Positions 38,760-50,860 of a stretch of 59,846 bases of DNA are shown piece by piece. The position numbers and the translations under genes are program-made. The notes beneath the pieces were generated by a model, which saw only the letters and a program-made list of their open reading frames with translations, searched no databases and was not told where the DNA came from. The stretch covers positions 1 through 59,846 of the forward strand of contig JAUCBJ010007575.1 of assembly GCA_032718475.1 (NCBI GenBank), in the 5' to 3' direction. Position 1 is the stretch's first letter. Every line of letters begins with the position of its first letter. This DNA comes from Nemertoderma westbladi. Lineage: Eukaryota > Animalia > Xenacoelomorpha.

Positions 38760-39665
38760 TTTTATTTCTCCATGAGTGGGGTTTGAATCCGTGACCATCG
38801 CCGTGTTACCTACTTTTTATAATTGCATTAGTAGGACTCGAACCCTGGTTTAACTTATTTTGTGTTGGTGTTATAATGGTCGCGAGTAGGGCTTGAACCC
38901 GTGACCCGCTGTTTTCCCTATTTTGTGTTTACTTTTTATAATTCCCATAAAACGGGATATGAATAGGGATCGAACCCGTGACCATATGTTTTTCCTATTT
39001 TATGTTTAGTTTAGTCTAGTTATTCTATGTTTACTTTTTATATTTTCATGACTAGGATTCGAACCCTGGTTTAACTTATTTTGTGTTGGATTTATAATGG
39101 TCGCGAGTAGGGAATGAACCTATGACCTCCTGTTTATTTTCCATAAAACGGGATACGAATAGGGATTGAACCTGTGACCATATGTTTATCCTATTTTGTG
39201 TTTAGTTTAGGTACTCTAGTTATTCTATGTTTACTTTTTATATTTTCATGATTAGGATTCTAACCCTGGTTTAACTTATTTTGTGTTGGATTTATAATGG
39301 TCGCGAGTAGGGATTGAACCCATGACCATCTGTTTATCCTATTTTGTGTTTACTTTTTATATTTTTCCATAAAACAGGATACGAGAAGGGGTCGAACATG
39401 TGACCACCTGTTTATCCTATTTTATGTTTAGTTTAGTTACTCTAGTTATTCTATGTTTACTTTTTATATTTTTTATAAAACGGACACGAGTAGGGATTGA
39501 ACCCGTGACCATATGTTTTCCTAATTTATGTTTAGTTTAGTCTAGTTATTCTATGTTTACTTTTATATTTTCATCTCTAGGATTCGAACCCTGGTTTAAC
39601 TTATTTTGTGTTGGTTTTTTAATGGTCGCGAGTAGGGATTGAACCTATGACCTCCTGTTTATTTT
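38760..39665 (-). repeat. degenerate tandem array with about 13 tRNA B-box-like motifs
   Basis: Minus-strand GGTTCGAGTCC (38834), GGTTCAAGCCC (38889), GGTTCGATCCC (38966), GGTTCGAATCC (39055, ~39580) and GGTTCAATCCC variants, all in one orientation. Confidence 0.75.
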
Positions 39666-40335
39666 CCATTGGTTGTTTTATATTTAATATGTCACGCTCA
39701 TCTCTCTTTTTCTTTTCATCTTCACTAAAAATATCTTCGGATTTTTTAAATTTTTTGGTAACGGAGCCATTAGTTTTCCTTTCTATGTGTTTCCATATGA
39801 CGAGATAAATTGTCTTGTCTCATTTCTTTATTACAAACCAAACAACTTTTATGTCTATGCATTATAAAGCAATGTCAATTGATAATATTGAATTTTCACA
39901 TTATATTTATGTTAAATTATAAATTTATGCTACAATTATTATTTATATTATAAAAAACAGAAATATTCGAGTTATATTGCATTATATATTTTGCATTGAA
40001 GTGGAATACTTTAGATGTTGGGGGAATCTGGTTTGCGAGGGATATTTGAATGGTGAGTATAACTATCCTTGAGAGCTAGTGCAACGCTATCTCACTATGG
40101 ATGGGCTTTACCATTGTACTCGCATCTGCTCTCTCATTGGCTGCTCGATGCCTCCGATTAAGGGTCTAAGACCTTCAAGCTGACCTTTTGCTTAGTTTTC
40201 TAATTAGAAGGTCGTGAGTTTGCACCCTAGAAGAGCATTATTCTTTTTCCTAGCTCTCGGCTAACTCTAGTACACTCTAGCTTTGACTTTCCCGGCTATA
40301 GTGATAGTATGCAACCTTGGGAGTTAATGTGAGTA

Positions 40336-42634
40336 CATATTTCAGTGTATTTCATAGTAATAAAATCGTTTCCATGTGTCCTACCGGTGAATTCCCCGGA
40401 TCATTATCTATTTTACAAACCGTTAGGAGCCCGCTTGACAGCGGGATACTTACTGTAAGAATCTTCAGGATACATTACATTGACTGACACTGACTGACTG
40501 ATAATTATCTAGGTTAAGGCACTTCCTGCCTGGCGATTTTGATGAAATTTTGCAAGTACATTGCTTTTGAGGTTCATAATCGCGTTACAAAATTTCAGAT
40601 CGATTCTATGTGTGGTATTCGATATATTTAGTTTTTTGACATTGTTTTGTCGCGAAATTAAAAGCAATGGTAAAATAACAGCTGGTGTTCATGATGAAAT
40701 ATGGCTTAATATGTTATACACAGTCATAGTAAAACGTATTGGTTGCCAAGTTTTACTAGTAGGCTATAAGGAAAGTCAATGTTTACTCACACATAAGCTG
40801 TTGGTTTCTAATGTATTACCCCATAAGCTGATTGCTCTCCCAGTGCTTCCTAAGGGTATATCTACAATAAGGTTACTCACTCTGCTATGTTAGGGGGTGG
40901 ATCAGGAGAATGAATTTTAGTTACACAAAGCAGTGTGTTGTGTCCTATTGCAGTCGATACTCACTGTGGATTGCAAAATGTTTTATAGTTGACCTACACT
41001 ATAATACAGTAGTTGCATGTATTTAAGGAGCCCGCTCTGGCCTACTGCCTAACTTAGCAGTAATACCTATATTACATATACACATATTAATAATATTCTT
41101 ATTTTTTTTATTACATACGATTTTTTAGCTGAAACGATTTTTTAGCTGAAGCATTAATAGTGTAAATTAATTTAATTATATTTTAATACCATTACTACAT
41201 TGGCATACTGTAAGATAAGTTTTAATATTTCTTACAAATAGTGGTGCGAGCATAAATCAAATCACGCAAATTTAAAAGAACCGGGTGTGTTGTCATAGCA
41301 AAGTTTCAGTTTTTATTATGTGGGACGAGCCACAAAGTACTGCTGAGAAAGACTGAAAGGTTCAAAGACTGTATGTCAACAATGTTATTATTATTATAGT
41401 CTGCGCCACAAACAGAATATGCCAAATAATTAAATTAGCAATATAAATTTCAGAAAAATAGCTATCGGACTTGGCTGAAGAAATCGAATTATAATCCACT
41501 TAGTTTGTTATATTGATGATATTATTACTCTCTGGGAATGTGTTGGAATGGGAGATTGTAAATTATTATTGAACAGCAAATATTACATATCCCATAAAAG
41601 TCGTCATAATTAATTGTGTAGAAACAATTGTTCACCTTCTCGTTTAGATTAATTAGTAAATAAATAAATTAGTTTAGATATTTTCTGTTAGCGAATTTAT
41701 TTCGAATAATAAAAAAGTGTGTAGGCCGATTGTATGGTTGTTTAATTTGCGTTATTATTTTTCGCCGCGACCTAGACTTCTATTAATTGTTAAATCTAAT
41801 GGTTTTCAAAAAGAAAGGTAACCGTACCTGTACTGGTAAATCTAACTTGTTATTTATCTGGTTGTGAATCATGGGCATTTTCTTATAAATATTCGGTTGT
41901 TAGTGGCAGCAAAGTTTCATTTTTTATTATGTGGGGCAAGCCACAAAGTCAGCTATGTATCATCACACCATTTAGACAATTGTTTAGTTTAGTATTGGCT
42001 AGGATTCTTCCCCCCGGGCTCCTTCCAGCCAGCTTGCTGGCTCTCTAGTTTACTATGGTATGCATGAAAGTTTACTATATTATTAATTTTGTGTTGGTTT
42101 TTATTTTTCCGTGAGTAGGGTTTGAATCCGTGACCATCTGTTTATCCTATTTTGTGTTTAGTTTAGTTACTCTATGTTAAAGTGAATTTTCACATTATAT
42201 TTATGTTAAATTATAAATTTATGCTACAATTATTATTTATATTATAAAAACAGAAATATTCGAGTTATATTGCATTATATATTTTACATTGAAGAGGAAT
42301 ACTTTAGATGTGGGGGGGAACCTGGTTTGCGAGGGATATTTGAATGGTGAGTATAACTATCCTTGAGAGCTAGTGCAACGCTATCTCACTATGGATGGGC
42401 TTTACCATTGTACTCGCATCTGCTCTCTCATTGGCTGCTCGATGCCTCCGATTAAGGGTCTAAGGCCTTCAAGCTGACCATTTGCTTAGTTTTCTAATTA
42501 GAAGGTCGTGAGTTTGGACCCTAGAAGAGCATTATTCTTTTTCCTAGCTCTCGGCTAACTCTAGTACACTCTAGCTTTGACTCTCCCGCCGGCTATAGTT
42601 ATAGTATGCAACCTTGGGAGTTAATGTGAGTAAA
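40336..42634 (+). repeat. second copy of an internal duplication of 38605-40335
   Basis: 40336-40420 repeats the 3' end of the TBP-like ORF (38605-38689); 42049-42140 repeats 38705-38800; 42183-42634 repeats 39889-40335. Confidence 0.85.
40423..42048 (+). mobile_element. non-autonomous Helentron-type (DINE/HINE-like) element nested in the Polinton
   Basis: 5' subTIR AGGAGCCCG with an adjacent hairpin, (ACTG)n tract, 3' inverted subTIR CGGGCTCCT, stem-loop AGCCAGCTTGCTGGCT, ends CTAG before TT. Confidence 0.7.
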
Positions 42635-45600
42635 GACCAAGAGATTAGACTTCAGGCTCCCTCTATTGGTTCATTCTTCTTAACTTTATAAAATAACTCA
42701 ACCCATATTTAAAGTTTTAAAAATTATGACTTAGTCGACTAATTTTCCAAAGTATATTATAAAAACATATAATTTCTTGAATTAATAGACCTAATAGTAA
42801 TAAATAATGTGGGGGGTAAATACATTTATAATTCTAATATAATTATTAAGGATAAATAGTCCTAATACTAATATAATTATGTAATAGTAAGCAAAATTTT
42901 TATGCGCAACCATCAGAGATTATTTGGATATAAAAGATCACATAGCAGGAGGCTAACTTGCTGGGATCGACAAAGGCTTTGTGTGCGGTGTGCCGCTGTC
43001 TTATATCGGGTGGATGAGAGAGCCCCCTCGGGCGTAACATTGTGAACATGGGCTATATTGCTAGAGAGAGAACTACATATAAGACCATGGCCGGCCCTCA
43101 TGCAAATTTAGCGGCGCCAAGGCTAATGGGGCACCTCGAAGACAGTATGGCTATAGTAGAGTAGAATCGACATACGAGTCCATAGCTAAAATACATCTGC
43201 CATGGAGCCTTCGCGTAGCACTATGCTCACCAAATATATTTATAATTCTCTATCCGCGAAATTTTCAGGAATTTTAAATTTTTGCCGTCGCTTCGCGGAA
43301 AAAATAAAAAGTAAACACAAAATAGGATATACAGATTGTCATAGATTTGATTCCCTACCCCCCGACCAGGGTCATTATGACCCTCCCCGGTGTTTGTACA
43401 ACATTTTATAGCCCGGTAGTATTGGGGTTATTATGTGACTCATGAAAATAAATCTTAAATACAATACAACTGTTCCATCTTGGTGAAGTGGATGCAATGT
43501 ATTTACAAATCGAGTGTGGATCAGGATAGTTTTCGTTAAGGTTTCACCTTGGTGAAGTGGAAGCATTGTATTCACATTTCGAGTACCATTTTTATTGAAA
43601 CTATGGGGCATTTTATATTAGCCGATTTTTCAAAATTTGTAAAGTTTTGAGGGTTTTTATTGAAAATATAGGGATTTAGGGATTAACATTCAAATTGACT
43701 ACGAAGAAGCCATAGGGATCATTAATGGTATGTTGAGACTCAGAAATTTTCAGGAATTTTAAATTTTGGTCGTCGCTTCGCGGAAAATATAAAAAGTAAA
43801 CACAAAATAGGATATACAGATTGTCATAGATTCGATTCCCTATCTCGACCAGGGTCATTATGACCCTCCCCCGATATTTATACAACATTTTATAGCCCGG
43901 TAGTATTATGATTAAAGCTACTAAACTAAAACATAACAAAGTGCAATTATCCTATCTGTTCCAACTCAGTGTCACTAGTTTAGATAATATACTATAATAA
44001 TAGTGATAGCAGATGCTTTTAATTTCGCGATGAAATAATGTTAGCAAACGAAATATAGCGAATACATCATAAATAGAGTTTTAAATTAGTATGGTTTTAT
44101 CTGTAATTTTTTATTTTGAACGCAATAGTAAAAAGATTATTATGTGACTCATGAAAATAAATCTTAAATAAAATACAAATGTTCCACCTTGGTGAAGTGG
44201 ATGCAATGTATTTACATCTCAAGTGTGGATCAGGTTTGTAGCCAGGATTTTTAGGTTGGGTAGACCTGGGAATATCAGAGTAGGCAGGCGGAAATGTTAA
44301 TTTGGATAAATTTTACAATAGACTTAACTGATTAAATGTTTACAGCGGATAGAAAGCAAACCTACAGTAGGATGTACATGGAGTCCACCATTAGTTCATC
44401 ATTTGTATACAAAGCATAATTTAAACAATGGACGAAATCGCGTAGATCCGCGTCTACTAGTCTACTGACGCATTAACTGTCTCCTTGAATGGCTTACTAT
44501 CAATCATACTACTAAAAATTCATTGGAGAGTGGGATTGAACTCGTTGTATAGTAAAAAAGTAAAACGAGTGAAATACTATATGTATAATTACAGGATGGC
44601 TGGGTGCAACCTTCGTTCACCTACAACCTCCCCCCAGGTGCAATCTTTGTTCGCGAAAATTTTCAGGAATTTTAAATTTTGCAGTCGCATGGAGTGATAA
44701 CCCTTAGGTGAAAGCTAAATTTGCTCTACTTTAATCAAATGGGGCATTAAAGCTATGAGTATATTTTCCTTTACATCCTCCCCCCGATCTTACACAAATC
44801 TGGGTAAAAGGCAGTTGAAGGGCTATCATTCCCAACATATGCGGTCCTCCCTTTAATGTTTCATTGTTCTATTCATAGTCGCCTTTGAGAATTTCTCGGG
44901 AAAATAAGGATGAGGGGCTATCACTTTCAACCCATGCGGCCCTCCCTTTCACGATTTCATTGAACTATCCATAGTATGAACAATCAAACCAAAGCCTTTG
45001 AATATAGGACTGAATATCCTCGCGTCTTATCAGCAGCGCCATGGCTAACGGCTTAATATTAACAGTGAAGCATCTAAAAGACAGAGTATCTATGATAGGG
45101 CAGAACAGCATACTTACAGCTTAGAGGTGGGCGCGCTGAAAACTTTGCTCGCCATCAATACACACAAAGCATCGCCTGATGGAATGAGTAATAGCGTGGA
45201 TATTTTCATTTTGGTGAATAAAATTTATAGCATTAATCACGAAAATCGCTAAATAATATATTTTAACTAAAATCAACTCTGATAAACAACTTGCATATCG
45301 AGTTTGTAAAGGGATTGGCTGTTTATTTAGGGGTTAACATTCAAAATGATTATGAACGAGCAATAGGGTCATTAATGGTATGCTGAGACTCACTTATTTC
45401 ATGGCTCGCTCTCATAGTATAGATTAACTAATAGAGAAAAATGAAAAATAATCGGTTAAATATCTTATATTTTTTAAACAATATGGGGAAACAAGAATAA
45501 ATAATTTACCGACAACATCAATATTAAATAATATAACAACAACGGATAAATAATTTACCAACAACATTAATAATAAATAATATAAGAACATCAACAATAA

Positions 45601-45647
45601 CAAAAGATATAATCAGAACAGTTTTTAATAAATAGAGACTGTTTACA

Positions 45648-47360
45648 TTAATAGGGTTGCTGGCCTCCGAGAGTAACGTTTGGTTTAACCCTTTTAGGGC
45701 CCGATACTATTAATGGTTGCGATAATTTTCTCTTTAATAGATTGTTGAGATAGCCTTTTCTTGGGGGGTGAAATAGATTAAGGTGTGTTTGCTGCGGGAG
45801 AAAGATGCCTTCTCTGAGAGAACGTTTTAGTAATTCGAAAAGGCGCGCGATGGTAAAGTCGTTGGATAGGGTGATAGTGTTGGTATTTTTCGTATTGGTG
45901 AATATAATTTCTGTTGGTTTGTTCTCGATATGAATGTAAGGACTGAGATAGTAGTGAGAGTTGGGTGGGTTGGTTATATTTATCGTGAGAAAATCGCTGC
46001 CCCTAATATTGAGACCGTTGGTGAACTGAAAAGTGGTATTCTCTTCGTCTTTCATTAAAATGGGCCAGATACCGACATATTTTTCGGATTTGAACTTATA
46101 GATAAAGGCTGCGATACTGCTATTTATGAGATAGCGCTGGTGATTGGGGATCGTAATCTGCTTTGGTTTGAAAGTAAATTGTATAGCCATTTCCTTGAAG
46201 CTGATTAGAGCCTCGCGCGCTTGAATCGTGTTAGCTATAGTAAAGGATTCGTTAAATTTTCTCTCGGTTATCTGTAAATCAATTTCTGAATCACTGATAC
46301 AACTTTGTATCGATATTCGCTCGGAAATGTTGTCTTTGTAGACGTTAAGTTCATCGCAGCAGACACATTCACTATCCTCGATGGTTGAATCGAACCATTT
46401 CAATTCGCCGACCTCGGTTGGTGTAAGAAGAATCATGCCCCTAGAAGAAACAATAGCCTTTCCATCGTCAACCTCGTAGCCATTGGTGATCGCTAAATTG
46501 CGCTCATTCCGAATATTTGTAACAAACCCAAAAGTGCAATAGTCAAAAGCAACCCAATTGCCCGGTTTTAGGACAAGGTGAGTAGTAGGATTAATAAAAG
46601 GGCGACAGATGTTTACATATTGTTGAAATAAATTGGCGCAGGCGACGGAAAATGTGATCCATGAACTGTTTACAGTGTCTTCCAGCTTTATTAACTCGAG
46701 TGGTTTCATTGGGTTAATACTTCCATAGGTGCCAACTCTATAATTGAATCCAAAGTAATAGGAGACTTTATTGGCGAAAAAGCAAGTGAGCTCATTCAAT
46801 TTCTCGCCGAAAGCGAGAACATCCTTGTCGAAAAGTTTAAAGAAACGAGTCTCCTCTTCCTCGGTCGGAGTCGACGAGTTCCAGATGAGAAGAAGAATCG
46901 AGTTTGCGATACTATGAAAATCAAATAAGCGATCATCGGAGAAGAAGGAGGTTACAAGAGTGGTTAAACCCAGTAGACGATTTGCCACATCTTGGTTGAT
47001 GTTTTCTCGAATAAAATCGACTATACTAGTTGGAATCGTAAACGTCTCGGGCGAAGTAGTTAGATTGAACGTTATTTTGTTGTCCCTTTTTAAAAGTTTG
47101 AAACCGTGGTTGGAGGAATGAAGTTTATTATCGTCGAGGGTTTGATATTGTCCATCGTGAAGTTCGTAGCAGGCACGGAAAATAAAGTGCGCGTAGTTTG
47201 CCGGAATCGGGATGGGTTGGTTTAAGGTTGTATTTATCGTTAACGGGAAGAGTTTGTTCGCCGAATCGAAATATAGACCAAACGAGTTGTCTTGTAGCAT
47301 AAACTGATTTTCGTTGCAAACCAGATCGTTGCTTGAATAGCTGATTTCTGAATGTGCCAT
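45648..47360 (-). CDS. 570-aa hypothetical protein of the Polinton-like element; possible PC4-like segments and C-terminal NLS
   Basis: Long intact ATG-initiated ORF in AT-rich DNA with upstream promoter motifs; basic tail KRKLSQPLIVSGPKRVK. The ORF is well supported; the function is tentative. Confidence 0.8.
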   Translation of the reverse strand: MAHSEISYSSNDLVCNENQFMLQDNSFGLYFDSANKLFPLTINTTLNQPIPIPANYAHFIFRACYELHDGQYQTLDDNKLHSSNHGFKLLKRDNKITFNLTTSPETFTIPTSIVDFIRENINQDVANRLLGLTTLVTSFFSDDRLFDFHSIANSILLLIWNSSTPTEEEETRFFKLFDKDVLAFGEKLNELTCFFANKVSYYFGFNYRVGTYGSINPMKPLELIKLEDTVNSSWITFSVACANLFQQYVNICRPFINPTTHLVLKPGNWVAFDYCTFGFVTNIRNERNLAITNGYEVDDGKAIVSSRGMILLTPTEVGELKWFDSTIEDSECVCCDELNVYKDNISERISIQSCISDSEIDLQITERKFNESFTIANTIQAREALISFKEMAIQFTFKPKQITIPNHQRYLINSSIAAFIYKFKSEKYVGIWPILMKDEENTTFQFTNGLNIRGSDFLTINITNPPNSHYYLSPYIHIENKPTEIIFTNTKNTNTITLSNDFTIARLFELLKRSLREGIFLPQQTHLNLFHPPRKGYLNNLLKRKLSQPLIVSGPKRVKPNVTLGGQQPY

Positions 47361-47474
47361 CGTGATTGTGTACCGGTAACTCGTTTAGGAAATAAAAATA
47401 AATAAATACTTTTACGAAAATAATTAAAACTTTTCAGGAAAACAAAGAGACAATGATTGGGAATGTGGTGAACG

Positions 47475-47580
47475 GGGGCTATTATAGAGGGGGCTAGAAT
47501 GGGTTAGCCAATCAGGGAACAGGAGGGAGAAAAGATTGTATAATTAAACCAATCAGAGAGCAGCTTTGATGACGTCACAT
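47475..47580 (-). promoter_or_regulatory. putative Pol II promoter of the 570-aa ORF
   Basis: CRE palindrome TGACGTCA at 47570-47577, CCAATCAG at 47549 and 47508, TATAAT on the minus strand at 47486-47481. Confidence 0.55.
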
Positions 47581-47709
47581 CAGGCGAGATAATGATTGCC
47601 CAATGTTATTCAATGGTAGACAGAGTGGCGCCATTGAATAACGAAGACAAAGGGGCCGCGAGAGGAAAGATTATAAAGTTAACGATAAGGGATCTATAAA
47701 CCATAGAGC

Positions 47710-48301
47710 TAAATATAGGCATTATGTCATAGTGATCTCGTTGGTAATATAAAAACTAATTAATCTAAAAATAGAAATCAATGTATTAAGTAAAAGTAAT
47801 ACAATTAATTAATTTAAAATAAAGTACAAATGAATAAATAAAGTAAAATAGAATACAAATAATTAATTAAAATAAAGTACAAATGAATAAATAAAGTAAA
47901 ATAGAATACAAATAATTAATTAAAATTAGGTACAAATAAATAAGTATTAATAAATAAAAGAGCTGCGGTGTCACTTATGACACCCTCTTGCTCCTCTCTG
48001 CGACAGTTAGACAACACTGATGACCCATTATGTGTCAGGGCGCTAATCAGTCTGATTAATTAGGATAATCAATTAAACCCTAATTAGGAGTCATATGACA
48101 CCTGTTAGGGTTTAATTGTACTAATTAATTGATGACACCTGTCAATTAGGGTCTAATTAGACTAATTGGGAGGTGTCACCCAGACAGTCTGGCGCCAATG
48201 ACACCCAATGACACCCATAGGGTGATAATCGGGTGTCATATGACACCCAATGGGTGTCAGTGTGGTCTAACTGTCGCAGAGAGGACCAAGACCCTACTAA
48301 T
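47710..48301 (-). repeat. right TIR of the Polinton-like element
   Basis: Reverse complement of 31398-32051 with few substitutions. Confidence 0.95.
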
Positions 48302-48670
48302 TACAAAACCTCTGGATGGCACATTCACAATAATGCTACGCCGGGGTCATTGTGTCAAGATGAATGAACACATCTCCATAACCAGACTCTGAACAACATC
48401 GGAAGTGTTTTATTAGTCTCCGCAAGCTTTTACTTGAACTGAGCTGCCACCGCCTTGTAGGACATTGCATTCACCGTGTGGACCAGCCTGTGCATAATCT
48501 TGTGCTTTGGCGGCCTCATGGAACGACTATGTATGGTGGTAAGCCCATGACTTTCTTGAGACGCATTTTAAGAACACTGGACTTGAAGATGCGGATGATC
48601 TACCAAATGTCATGGGTGATAGGGAGTTGAGGTGGAGCAATTTTATTGACAATCCGACACATCTTTCTTA
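48302..48670 (+). pseudogene. continuation of the RTE-like fragment split by the Polinton (left part at ~31335-31397)
   Basis: Near-identical to 18336-18705. Confidence 0.7.
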
Positions 48671-48849
48671 ATATATTTGATATAATTAATGCAGCCGCAA
48701 TGCAACATGCCGATAGTACAGTAGTAGTAGTAGTTATAGATGTTTGTTGATACCAATAGAAAGGTAGAAGAAATATTGGGTATAAAATTTCATCAATTAT
48801 TATCTGCTTGTAGCAATTAATCTATATGTGTACCGACATTTGCTGGGGC

Positions 48850-50560
48850 TCATATCCATATACAATATATTAGACCAGACAGCTAAAATTTTCCATATGT
48901 AGATTTTCATCACTGATGTCATTTCCCATATCAGTTTTCAAGTTTGGCGGCATTTGTACAGTTTGTATGTCTGTTCGTTTGTCGAAAAACAATATGACAC
49001 CTTACAAAGCTAAAATCACGGTAATTTCTGTTTTCTTGGACTCAGACTTCATTTACGGTATCAGTTTTGATGTTTGGCAGCATTTGTAACGTTTGTATGT
49101 CTGTCCGTTCGTCAGTCGATCTGTCTGTCAAAATACAATATGACATCATACAAAGCTAAAATCCCGGGAATATCTGTTTTCTTGGACTCTAACTTCATTT
49201 ACTGTATCAGTTTTCATGTTTGGCAGCAATTGAACAGTTTGTATGTCTGTCCGTTTGTCAGTCAATGTGTCTGTCAAAATACAATATGACACCATACAAA
49301 GCTAAAATCCCGGGAATGTCTGTTTTCTTGGACTCTGACTTCATTTACTGTATCAGTTTTCATGTTTGGCAGCAATTGAACAGTTTGTATGTCTGTCCGT
49401 TTGTCAGTCAATGTGTCTGTCAAAATACAATATGACACCATACAAAGCTAAAATCCCGGGAATGTCTGTTTTCTTGGACTCTGACTTCATTTACTGTATC
49501 AGTTTTCATGTTTGGCAGCAATTGAACAGTTTATCATGTCTGTCCGTTTGTCAGTCAATCTGTCTGTCAAAATACAATATAACACCATACAAAGCTAAAA
49601 TATCGGGAATGTCTGTTTTCTTGGACTCTGAATTCATTTACTGTATCAGTTGTCATGTTTGGCAGTATTGTACAGTTTGTATGTCTGTCCGTTTGTCAGT
49701 CAATCTGTCTGTCAAAATACAATATGACACCATACAAAGCTAACATCCCGGGAATGTCTGTTTTCTTGGACTCTGACTTCATTTAGTGTATCAGATTTCA
49801 TGTTTGGCAGCAATTGAACAGTTTGTTTGTCTGTCCGTTTATCAGTCGATCTGTCTATCAAAATACAATATGACACCCTGCAAATTCTAAAATCCTGTGA
49901 ATGTCTGTTTTCTTGGACTCTGACTTCATTTACGGTATCAGTTTCCATGTTTGGCAGCAATTTTACAGTTTGTAAGTCTGTCCGTTTGTCTGTCAATCTG
50001 TCTGTCAAAATACAATATGACACCATACAGAGCTAACATCCCGGGAATGTCTGTTTTCTTGGACTCTGACTTCATTTAGTGTATCAGATTTCATGTTTGG
50101 CAGCAATTGAACAGTTTGTTTGTCTGTCCGTTTATCAGTCGATCTGTCTGTCAAAATACAATATGACACCCTGCAAATTCTAAAATCCCGTCAATGTCAG
50201 TTTTCTTGGACTCTGACTTCATTTACGTTATCAGTTTCAATGTTTGGCAGCAATTTTACAGTTTGTAAGTCTGTCCGTTTGTCTGTCAATCTGTCTGTCA
50301 AAATACAATATGACACCCTATAAAGCTTAAATCATAGGAATATCTGTTTTCGGACTCTGAATTCATTTGCGCTATCAGTTTCAATGTTTGGCAGCAATTT
50401 TACAGTTTGTACAGTCAAAATATATTTTAACACACCGCAAAACAAAAAAATTCGATACGTGCTTTTTATTGTTCTCTGATTTCATTCCAATATCAATTCT
50501 CATGTTTTATGTCACCTTGACTGTTTGACTGTCAAAATATCATATATCACCCTACAAAGC
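48850..50560. repeat. ~146-bp satellite, array 3
   Basis: 146-bp period (e.g. 49201 and 49347); paralogous to 18870-21510. Confidence 0.95.
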
Positions 50561-50564
50561 AAGT

Positions 50565-50860
50565 TTTCTGGGACCGAATTGTCTGGGACCGAATTGTCCG
50601 GTACCGAATTGTTCGGGACCGAATTGTCCTAGGACCGAATTTTCTGGGACCGAATTGTCTGGGACCGAATTGTCTTGGACCGAATTGTCCGGTACCGAAT
50701 TGTCCGGGAACGAATTCTCCTAGGACCGAATTTTCTGGGACCGAATTGTCTGGGACCGAATTGTCTGGGACCGAATTGTCCGGTACCGAATTGTCCGGGA
50801 ACGAATTCTCCTAGGACCGAATTTTCTGGGACCGAATTGTCCGGTACCGAATAGTCCGTA
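50565..50860. repeat. 15/16-bp tandem repeat (GGGACCGAATTGTCT), likely the subterminal array of a MITE
   Basis: About 19 units; scattered and inverted units continue to ~51135. Confidence 0.85.

Larger units (their letters stand above)
31398..48301. mobile_element. Polinton/Maverick-like element, 16904 bp, lacking recognisable integrase and virion genes
   Basis: Termini AGTAGTAGGGTC.. / ..GACCCTACTAAT; ~0.6-kb near-identical TIRs; 6-bp TSD TACAAA (31392-31397, 48302-48307); pPolB inside; paralogous uninterrupted site at 18336-18341. Confidence 0.95.

Noticed and set aside
40185-40240. tRNA-Arg-like stretch TTTTCTAATTAGAAGGTCGTGAGTTT (duplicated near 42485)
   Set aside because: Stems do not pair into a cloverleaf and the B-box is degenerate.
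45648-47360. 570-aa ORF as major capsid protein, integrase, ATPase or protease
   Set aside because: No Walker A, DDE/rve, adenain His-Cys or recognisable Polinton MCP motifs by eye; a remote fold cannot be excluded without a structure search.
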